Shown: piece by piece, positions 57,056 through 64,000 of the stretch
How the letters are laid out: each line of letters opens with the position of its first letter
How positions within the stretch are numbered: the first letter of the stretch is position 1
DNA from: Candidatus Rifleibacteriota bacterium
Lineage (GTDB): Bacteria > Muiribacteriota > Ozemobacteria > Ozemobacterales > Ozemobacteraceae
Assembly (NCBI GenBank): GCA_012520995.1
Contig: JAAYNI010000080.1
Span: forward strand, 25,823 to 89,822
Reading direction: 5' to 3'
DNA: 64,000 bases
Made by a program: the position numbers and the translations under genes
Notes under the pieces: generated by a model
Database searches by the model: none
Told to the model about the DNA's origin: nothing
Seen by the model: the letters and a program-made list of their open reading frames with translations, nothing else

Positions 57056-57154
57056 CCCGTTCCCCTTCAAAAAAGGTTTTCAAATCAGTAAAATTATAGA
57101 GCTGTCTAAACCGCATTTAGAAATAAATTGTAACATTCAAATGACAAAGATCCA

Positions 57155-58555
57155 ATGAAAAACTATTATCAGATGCTCGGAGTCCATGATTTTGCCAACT
57201 TTGACGACTTAATAACCGCTTTCGAAAGAAAGCGCGATGAACTTTTTAAAAGCGATTCGCCATTAGCAAGCATACCCAAACTTCTGGAGATGAAAGCCGC
57301 TCTGGAAGAATTGGCAGACAGCGAAAAGCGTAAAGTCTATGATGAAAAACTAGAAGAATTCCTAAAAGAAACTGACGAAATTTTTTCTCAAGCCATAGCC
57401 GCTATTTCGGAAAAAGATTACGAAAAAGCTCTAGAACTCTTGAATCAGTGCATTAAGTTGAACCCGGGCGAACCCTCCTATTATGATGCGCAAGGTCTCA
57501 TATTCAGACTTCAGGAAAAATACAGAGAATCAATCGCCGCATACAGACAAGGCCTTGCCACAGGTATGCAAAAAGCTTTTTTTAACAAAAGTCTCGCTGA
57601 AATCTACACTTTAATGCAAGATCAAGACAATGCTGAAAGTTGCTATCTTGAAGCCATAGAAGGCTTCAAAACTATCTTGGAAACTGAACCGGGCGAACCG
57701 GAAGCCACAGAAGCCCTCTTAGACGTATATATGGCAACCGGCTTCAAAGAAGAAGCATTAGAACAAGCACAAATTCTTTTAAAAAGCGACCCTGACAACT
57801 GCTCTTATCTTATGAAACATGCCATAGCCTCTTATCGCATTGACGACTATGAAAAAGCTGAGCAAATCTTCGAAAAACTCTTACAGGCAGGATATGACAG
57901 ACCTGCTGCCTATCTTTATATTGGATTGATAAACTTTAACAAACGGCTATTGGCAAAAGCGGCTGAAGCCTTTGAAAAAAGTTTGGAACTCGCTCCGCAG
58001 CAAAAAGGCGTAGCAGAGCTCTCAGCTAAAATAGAAGAAATCCGAAAACGAATAGGAAAAACAGTCGAGGAAATTACCGACAAAGGAATCTATGATTTCT
58101 ATACAGACGGCTACGTGAAATGGTATAACGATGAAAGAGGCTTAGGAATGGCCGCATGCAAAGAATGTCCTGATGTGCTTTTGCACTACACGGCCATACC
58201 TGCAGAATTATCTGACAAGCTGAAAAGAGGAGACTTAATCAAATTCGGAGTATTCAAGGACGAAGAAACTCCTGTAGCCGTAAAAGTGGAACTTATTTCC
58301 AGCGAAGAAGACTTGGAAACCTTGCCCGGAAAAATTTTCTCTTTGGACAGAGAAAGAGCCACTGGCCTTATAAAAGGCCCCGAAGACGAAGATATACTCT
58401 TCAGTTTTTCAGAATTGAACCAAAATGCGGCTGAGGTCTTAACCGAAGGCTTGGATGTCATCTTTGAAGCAGCCAAAACCAAGACTTTAGATGACAAATT
58501 TGCTTGGACAGCAAGAAATATCAGGCTTAGAAAGCCTGTAAAAATTCCAAGCTAA
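57155..58555 (+). CDS. J-domain-like / TPR / tandem cold-shock-domain protein
   Basis: NYYQMLGV...LADSEKRKVYD (J-like, no HPD); about six TPRs; GYVKWYNDERGLG...DVLLHYTAI and a second degenerate CSD. Confidence 0.75.
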   Translation: MKNYYQMLGVHDFANFDDLITAFERKRDELFKSDSPLASIPKLLEMKAALEELADSEKRKVYDEKLEEFLKETDEIFSQAIAAISEKDYEKALELLNQCIKLNPGEPSYYDAQGLIFRLQEKYRESIAAYRQGLATGMQKAFFNKSLAEIYTLMQDQDNAESCYLEAIEGFKTILETEPGEPEATEALLDVYMATGFKEEALEQAQILLKSDPDNCSYLMKHAIASYRIDDYEKAEQIFEKLLQAGYDRPAAYLYIGLINFNKRLLAKAAEAFEKSLELAPQQKGVAELSAKIEEIRKRIGKTVEEITDKGIYDFYTDGYVKWYNDERGLGMAACKECPDVLLHYTAIPAELSDKLKRGDLIKFGVFKDEETPVAVKVELISSEEDLETLPGKIFSLDRERATGLIKGPEDEDILFSFSELNQNAAEVLTEGLDVIFEAAKTKTLDDKFAWTARNIRLRKPVKIPS

Positions 58556-58570
58556 AATTGAAAATTTGTC

Positions 58571-58599
58571 TTGTCAGAGCGGGAGGCATGTGATACAAT
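58571..58599 (+). promoter_or_regulatory. Sigma70-type promoter of tRNA-Leu
   Basis: TTGTCA-N17-TACAAT with extended -10 TGn, 11 bp before the tRNA. Confidence 0.75.
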
Positions 58600-58610
58600 G
58601 AACGAACATT

Positions 58611-58695
58611 GCCAGAATGGCGGAATTGGCAGACGCACGGGACTCAAAATCCCGCGCCCCATAAAGGCGTGTCGGTTCAACCCCGACTTCTGGCA
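58611..58695 (+). tRNA. tRNA-Leu (CAA)
   Basis: Acceptor GCCAGAA/TTCTGGC, anticodon arm CGGGA-CTCAAAA-TCCCG, long variable arm, T arm GTCGG-TTCAACC-CCGAC, discriminator A; CCA not encoded. Confidence 0.95.
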
Positions 58696-58702
58696 TTTTT
58701 TT

Positions 58703-59665
58703 ATGCCTAATTTCCACGGATTCTTAAAGCTTTTAAAAAAGAATTCGGCAATCCCGCTCTTAGCCTTATCTTTCCTGTTCTTCACAATTCCTCTTTTATC
58801 TAAACCTATTGAAGTAGCTGTTTTCAGCGATCTAAACTTTGCTCCCCAGCTTTTCGATATGATAAAATCTGAGCTGGAAACCACACTGAAAGCAAGATGC
58901 ACCCTGAGAATATATCCAATTTCAGAAATGACGAAAGAAAAAGATTTTTCGCATCTTTCCTGCTTGATGTATGAAGAACATAAGGCAAAAGCTCCCTCAA
59001 ACCTGACAGAAAACTTTATAAAAAGTAATTTTTATATAGACCTTTTGTGGCTTCTGACAGGCTCCGAAAAAAAACTCCGATATATATACTTTAACCATAT
59101 GTCTCTAGACTACGAAGGCTTTTTGAATATTCTAAGAGAACTTAGAAAAAGAGACAGCGACCATTTTCCTTGGCTTGAATCACTCGGTTCAACAAACACT
59201 CTGTTCAATTTTCATATAATATTTAACGACAATCTTTCACTGGAAGAGCAAGCAGAAGCAGAAATTCCTCTCAAACAGATATTTGAAAAAGCCGCCGAAG
59301 AAAACTTGCTTAACCCGATATCAACAAAAGCGGATCTTTTTCTTGCCGCTGAAGCCTTTAATAACGAAGATGCCGTGTTTGTTTCTCAATGGCTCCCAGC
59401 GAAAATGATATTTGATAAAAAAACAGCTGAAATCTTTCTGCCGCCTTCCATAATTATCCCCTTCCCTAGTCCAAAAGGCTTAAGAACAGTTCCTTTTGTA
59501 AGATTAAGTTTGTGGATAAATAAAGACTCTGACAGCTTTCATAATCTCCCCATTGGCTTTTCCCCGCCAGACACATTTAAACTCAGAAAATTACACCAGG
59601 ATCCGGATGAACTAAAAAAATGGATCTTGAAGTCCATCAGAAAATATGGAGAAACACGTCCATGA
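58703..59665 (+). CDS. Hypothetical exported protein, possibly a degenerate solute-binding-like partner of the kinase
   Basis: Signal/TM segment; stop overlaps the kinase ATG (ATGA). Start moved to 58703 because the track's start runs through the tRNA. Confidence 0.55.
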   Translation: MPNFHGFLKLLKKNSAIPLLALSFLFFTIPLLSKPIEVAVFSDLNFAPQLFDMIKSELETTLKARCTLRIYPISEMTKEKDFSHLSCLMYEEHKAKAPSNLTENFIKSNFYIDLLWLLTGSEKKLRYIYFNHMSLDYEGFLNILRELRKRDSDHFPWLESLGSTNTLFNFHIIFNDNLSLEEQAEAEIPLKQIFEKAAEENLLNPISTKADLFLAAEAFNNEDAVFVSQWLPAKMIFDKKTAEIFLPPSIIIPFPSPKGLRTVPFVRLSLWINKDSDSFHNLPIGFSPPDTFKLRKLHQDPDELKKWILKSIRKYGETRP

Positions 59666-61386
59666 AGCGTTTTTTTTCTCCCCTAGCCTTAAAAGTAATA
59701 CTCCTTTTCATACTTTTAATGACTGTCTTAGCTATGGCTATTAATGCCACTTCCACAGAGTTGATTAAAGAAAAAACTGGAGAAACCTTTCAAAAAAGCC
59801 TTCAAAACCTCTCAAAAGCTCTCTATTCCACTTGGAAATCAGAAAAACATCAAACTCTGAAAAATGCCATGCTCCTCGCGGAATCAGAAAAAATAATAAA
59901 TTATTCCGCATACAGCATGGACAATCTATTGAAAAACGAACTTCTCAGGTCGCACAGGAAAACAGATTTCAGCGAAATAGAAGTTAAAATGAAAAACGGT
60001 CTGAACGTTTCTACAAAGCATTATAAAACAAGAAACCTGCTTCCGATTGATACCAAAAACAGCGATTACAACCTTGCAAGAGTCGAGCCCGTAATAGAAA
60101 AAGGAGAGCTCACAATAACAGCTGCCACTCCCTTATACAAGCAAGGCGAATTCATAGGCAGACTTTGTCTGAAAAAAAGACTGGATCAAGCTATGGTCAA
60201 ACGATTTTCAGAAAATCTGCAAACAGAGCTGATTTTCATATCTGGTACTGAAATATTGGCTTCAACCCTATCATCTGAAGAAACAAGAATTGCTGAAAAG
60301 CATCTGAAAAGAAAAGATTTTCCCAGAAAAGAATTTTTCGACTTGGAGACTGGGAGCAACATCTACACATTTACGCAAACTGTTTTGGACACAACCGATA
60401 AAGGAGAGCTTCTCTTTTGTCTTTTGGGTATTTCAAAAGCTTCAACGCTAAGCATGATCAAGGAAGCAAGAACCAGAAATCTTTCAGTATCCCTGGCTTT
60501 ACTTACTCTTAGCCTCTTAGCAGCTTTCGTATTTACACATTTTGTATTTCTTTCCAGAATCAGAAAATTGGCTCAAGGTGCTCACAATCTGGCTGAAAAT
60601 AAAGAAAACTGCCATATACCAGACTTAGGACAAGACGAACTGGGAGATTTGGGCAGAGCCTTTAACAATATGTTTGAGAAAATCGCAGAAAGCAAAGAAA
60701 TGGAGAAACAGCTTTTCAGAGCCGAAAAGCTCAGCTCTGTCGGACAATTGGCAGCAAGCGTAGCTCACGAAATAAAAAATCCTTTGGCCTCAATTAAAAC
60801 CTTGGCGCAACTGATTCAAGAGGAAACCCCTAAGGATGACACCAGACGAGAATACGCTGACATAGTGGTCAACGAGGTGAACAGACTAAACTCTGTAGTG
60901 GAACAGCTCTTGAATTTCGCCAGACACGAAGAATCAAAAATAGAAGAGACACCTTTCAAGCCAATAGCAGAACATGTCTTGGCGCTTATAAAGCATGAAG
61001 GCGAAAGAAACAAAGTTACTTTAGAAGCTTCTTATGAACCTGATTTAATAATTTTTGCAGATTCAGAGAAGCTCAAACAAGTTATTTTAAACCTCTTCTT
61101 TAACGGCATGCAGTCGGTGAAAAAAGACGGATATGTTAAGCTGGAAGCTTCTAAAACTGATTCCGGATGCCTAATAGAAATTTCCGATTCCGGCAAAGGC
61201 ATTCCTCAAGAATTAGCAGAAAAAATCTTTGAACCCTTTTACACTACAAAACAAAGAGGAACAGGCCTAGGACTTGCTATTGTAAAGAAAATCATAGATC
61301 TGCACGAAGGCAAAATAAGCATTTCAAAAAGCACTTCCGGAGGAGCTAAAGTCTCCATTTTTCTGCCAAACGCGAAAAAACAGTAA
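59662..61386 (+). CDS. Sensor histidine kinase (periplasmic domain, HAMP, HisKA, HATPase)
   Basis: Two TMs, DELGDLGRAFN, VAHEIKNPL, QVILNL, DSGKGI, PFYTTK..GTGLGL. Confidence 0.95.
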   Translation: MKRFFSPLALKVILLFILLMTVLAMAINATSTELIKEKTGETFQKSLQNLSKALYSTWKSEKHQTLKNAMLLAESEKIINYSAYSMDNLLKNELLRSHRKTDFSEIEVKMKNGLNVSTKHYKTRNLLPIDTKNSDYNLARVEPVIEKGELTITAATPLYKQGEFIGRLCLKKRLDQAMVKRFSENLQTELIFISGTEILASTLSSEETRIAEKHLKRKDFPRKEFFDLETGSNIYTFTQTVLDTTDKGELLFCLLGISKASTLSMIKEARTRNLSVSLALLTLSLLAAFVFTHFVFLSRIRKLAQGAHNLAENKENCHIPDLGQDELGDLGRAFNNMFEKIAESKEMEKQLFRAEKLSSVGQLAASVAHEIKNPLASIKTLAQLIQEETPKDDTRREYADIVVNEVNRLNSVVEQLLNFARHEESKIEETPFKPIAEHVLALIKHEGERNKVTLEASYEPDLIIFADSEKLKQVILNLFFNGMQSVKKDGYVKLEASKTDSGCLIEISDSGKGIPQELAEKIFEPFYTTKQRGTGLGLAIVKKIIDLHEGKISISKSTSGGAKVSIFLPNAKKQ

Positions 61387-61533
61387 GCAGCAGACGGAGG
61401 GCAGCGAACTGCATAACAGGTGGTCATTAGATACAGCAAGCTTCAATAAATTAGAAACCTGATCTCCAAAAAGAAAGGCTGCGACAATTTGATCTGGTTG
61501 CTAAAAGCTGTTGTCAGTTGTAATATGAAGTTG

Positions 61534-61600
61534 CTAAACATTTCCGCTTGCCACTCATCACTCACCACTGTTTTTAATAATCTGTGAAATCTGTGGATAA
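61534..61600. repeat. Intergenic repeat-arm locus L
   Basis: ctaaacatttccgcttgccactcatcactcaccactg (61534-61570) and atctgtgaaatctgtggataa (61580-61600), both right-type. Confidence 0.8.
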
Positions 61601-61605
61601 AAAGA

Positions 61606-63003
61606 ATGACATTCAAAAACCATAACATACTGATAGTTGACGACGAAAAAGCTATTTTATTCAGCTTAAAAGCCGCATTGGCAAAAGAAGGCTACCGGAT
61701 AAAAACATGCGATACGCCAGAAGAAGCTCTCAAAACTGTTGAGCCTGGAGTTTTCCAAGTAATAATTTCAGATTACAACATGCCAGGAATGAACGGTATG
61801 GAATTAATGGAAAAAATCCGCCAAATAGACAAAGAAGCCGTCTTTATACTCATGACAGCTTATGGTTCTGAAAAACTAGCTATCGAAGCCGTAAAAGCGG
61901 GTGCCTACGACTACTTCTCGAAGCCATTCGACATTGACGAAATGCGTCTGATAGTGGCAAAAGCCTGCGAAAGATTCAACCTCGCTTATGAAAAGAAAAA
62001 CCTTCAGGAGCGATTGCAGAAAGAACAGGAAGAGAATCGCCTGATCGGCGTTTCAGAGCAAATGGAACGGGTCAAAAACATGATCAGCACAGTCGCCAAA
62101 AGCGATATAACAGTCTTAATACAAGGCGAGTCAGGCACTGGCAAAGAACTTGTAGCTGATGCCATTCAAAGACAAAGCCTCAGGGCTTCGGGACCCTATG
62201 TCGCTTTAAACTGTGCTGCTTTGCCAGAAAACCTTATAGAAAGCGAACTTTTCGGCTACGAAAAAGGCGCTTTCACTGGAGCCAACACAACCAAGCGCGG
62301 AAAATTCGAACTTGCAAACCGCGGCACTATACTGCTCGATGAAATAGGCGATATGGCTCTTGCAACTCAAGCAAAGGTTTTAAGAGTCATTCAAGAAAAA
62401 GAAGTAGAGCGTCTGGGCGGTTCAAAACCTATAAAAGTAGACGTGCGCATCTTAGCCGCTACCCATAAAAACCTTAAACAGCTCATTGAGCAAGGACTCT
62501 TCAGAGAAGATCTGTTCTACAGAATCAATGTTGTCAACATACCTGTGGCTCCATTGCGAGAAAGAAAAGCCGACCTGAAACCTTTAATAGAACACTTTAT
62601 AGCTATAGCTTCAAAAAAGACCAATAAAAACATCAAAGGTGTTTCCGAAAAAGCTATGGAAATCCTGGAAAATTACGATTGGCCTGGCAATGTTCGCCAG
62701 CTTCAGAACATAATTGAAGGTGCCGCCGTCTTTATGAAAGACGACATAATAGAAGTTTCCAATCTGCCGCCTGAACTCAGAAAGCCTCAAGGCGAAGAAG
62801 AAACAGGTGAAAGAAACGCCTGTTCTGAAATAATTGAACGCATCAAAGGCGGAGAAGCTTTAGACGCTGTTTTGAGCGACCTTGAAAAGCAAGTGATTGA
62901 AGCTGCTCTCAAAGCAAATGACTCTAATCAATCGAAAACAGCTGAAATGCTCGGCATAAAACGCGGCACTCTGCAATACAAGATGAAAAACCACAATTTA
63001 TGA
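61606..63003 (+). CDS. Sigma-54-dependent response regulator (NtrC/AtoC/ZraR family)
   Basis: REC (VDDE, SDYNMP), GESGTGKE, GAFTGA, LLDEIG, WPGNVRQL, C-terminal Fis HTH. Confidence 0.96.
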   Translation: MTFKNHNILIVDDEKAILFSLKAALAKEGYRIKTCDTPEEALKTVEPGVFQVIISDYNMPGMNGMELMEKIRQIDKEAVFILMTAYGSEKLAIEAVKAGAYDYFSKPFDIDEMRLIVAKACERFNLAYEKKNLQERLQKEQEENRLIGVSEQMERVKNMISTVAKSDITVLIQGESGTGKELVADAIQRQSLRASGPYVALNCAALPENLIESELFGYEKGAFTGANTTKRGKFELANRGTILLDEIGDMALATQAKVLRVIQEKEVERLGGSKPIKVDVRILAATHKNLKQLIEQGLFREDLFYRINVVNIPVAPLRERKADLKPLIEHFIAIASKKTNKNIKGVSEKAMEILENYDWPGNVRQLQNIIEGAAVFMKDDIIEVSNLPPELRKPQGEEETGERNACSEIIERIKGGEALDAVLSDLEKQVIEAALKANDSNQSKTAEMLGIKRGTLQYKMKNHNL

Positions 63004-63027
63004 CATCATAGTGCTTTTAATCTAAGA

Positions 63028-64000
63028 TTACAAACTAAAAGCGTATTTCTGCATTGCCGTTTTCAACTCTTCCGCTTCTGAAGGCAACAGAGCAGCCATC
63101 TTCTTAGCTATAGTTTTATTATATGGCCTTGCCAAAAAAACCTCCGCCAAGAGGTCAGCAATAGTTTCTCTGTCGTTTTCCGCCGCTTTCAGCTGCATCA
63201 TCGCATTATAAAGATTCATTGAGGGCTCATCCAGACGTAAAAGCCTTTGCAACATTACATCCGCGCCGCTTCCTCTTAAACTGGAGGAAATTCTGAGACA
63301 TTCATCATGCAAATCTTTATACAGAGCTTTTGCGCGTTTTCCTATTTCTTTCGTTTCTTCAAAAAGTCCAAGCTTTATAGAAAGCCGGTATAAATCAAGC
63401 AGGTCTGCCAAAATAGCAGAGTTTTCTCCAACCAGAGGATTCAAAATAGCATGAGCCTCTTCATATTCCCCTGCCGCATCGTAAAAAGAAGCTCTAATTC
63501 TCTGAATGGTTCTGGAAGCCGGAAAGCGTTTAGACTTTTCTTCCATGATTTTGTTTATTCTATTTAAATCGCCTTTTGCTTCTGATATGGCAATAAAAAC
63601 CTCAGGTATCTCAGGCGAAGCAAAATGCGACGGAGCTTTCTTTAAACGTTTTTTAACCGCATTGCGGCTGCGTCTGAGCAAAGCAACAGGCAAAGGAGCC
63701 TCTTCCGAAAAAAGCGGAGGAGGAGTTCTGAACAAGCTTCCTGCCGCATAGCAGCCTGCCAGAACCGAAACAGCATCCTGAGCCAGCAACATGCGATTTA
63801 TAATTGCAACCACCTCAAGTTGCCCAGTCATAAAAAGATTTTTTGCTCCCGCTGCCCTAACGCGAGGCGCAGGATCCTTCAAGGCTTCAGCAAAATAAGG
63901 TGAAGCCGAGTTTCCGCAAAGTATCATGGCCTCAAGCATGTTAGCTCTGACTCTCGCATCAGGATGATTTCTGAAAGAGGAATAGACCAAGAGACTGTCA
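63028..64000 (-). CDS. HEAT-repeat protein (C-terminal part; start lies beyond the window)
   Basis: HPDARVRANMLEA, DPAPRVRAAGA; the frame stays open to the window end. Confidence 0.75.
   Translation of the reverse strand, partial: DSLLVYSSFRNHPDARVRANMLEAMILCGNSASPYFAEALKDPAPRVRAAGAKNLFMTGQLEVVAIINRMLLAQDAVSVLAGCYAAGSLFRTPPPLFSEEAPLPVALLRRSRNAVKKRLKKAPSHFASPEIPEVFIAISEAKGDLNRINKIMEEKSKRFPASRTIQRIRASFYDAAGEYEEAHAILNPLVGENSAILADLLDLYRLSIKLGLFEETKEIGKRAKALYKDLHDECLRISSSLRGSGADVMLQRLLRLDEPSMNLYNAMMQLKAAENDRETIADLLAEVFLARPYNKTIAKKMAALLPSEAEELKTAMQKYAFSL

Noticed and set aside
58571-58702. N-terminal 44 codons of the ORF-track 364-aa protein
   Set aside because: This stretch is the tRNA promoter and tRNA gene; the real start is probably 58703.
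404-63751. Numerous 60-180 aa ORFs overlapping the assigned genes on the opposite strand or in another frame
   Set aside because: Shadow ORFs of well-supported genes, with no motifs or independent RBS evidence.
58611-64000. Genomic island integrated at tRNA-Leu
   Set aside because: No integrase, no duplicated tRNA 3' end seen and no obvious compositional shift.

Overview
AT-rich bacterial chromosomal segment of mostly housekeeping genes. It looks like a diderm anaerobe with Firmicutes-like gene order; the HEAT-repeat and pilin-like genes resemble Ca. Riflebacteria (inference only). Contents: znuABC-radA-uvrA, three minor-pilin-like genes, PIN-PhoH, murA, rpiB, tex, dxs, an orphan cheR-cheB pair coupled to a priming sugar transferase, the rpsF-ssb-rpsR-DUF2232-rplI-dnaB operon, pepT, a three-gene transhydrogenase operon, an ABC exporter, LysM and transpeptidase genes, tRNA-Leu(CAA) and a sigma-54 two-component system. 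Two things stand out. (1) The 1040-aa PntB has FOUR tandem, near-identical but synonymously diverged domain-III copies, and in all four the NADP 2'-phosphate-binding KRS motif is replaced by NFD. (2) At least 12 intergenic loci carry short periodic repeat arms (7-mer CACTCGC/CACTCAT, 9-mer CACAGATTA, CACAGAATA, CACGAAACA). Left-type arms always precede right-type arms, and at one locus inverted arms still enclose a frameshifted four-helix-bundle (Avd-fold) gene, suggesting a small mobile cassette plus its empty relics. Also present: a J-like/TPR/double cold-shock-domain protein, a TolC with an extra N-terminal domain, and a chimeric M16 peptidase relic. No CRISPR array, rRNA, integrase or transposase was seen.
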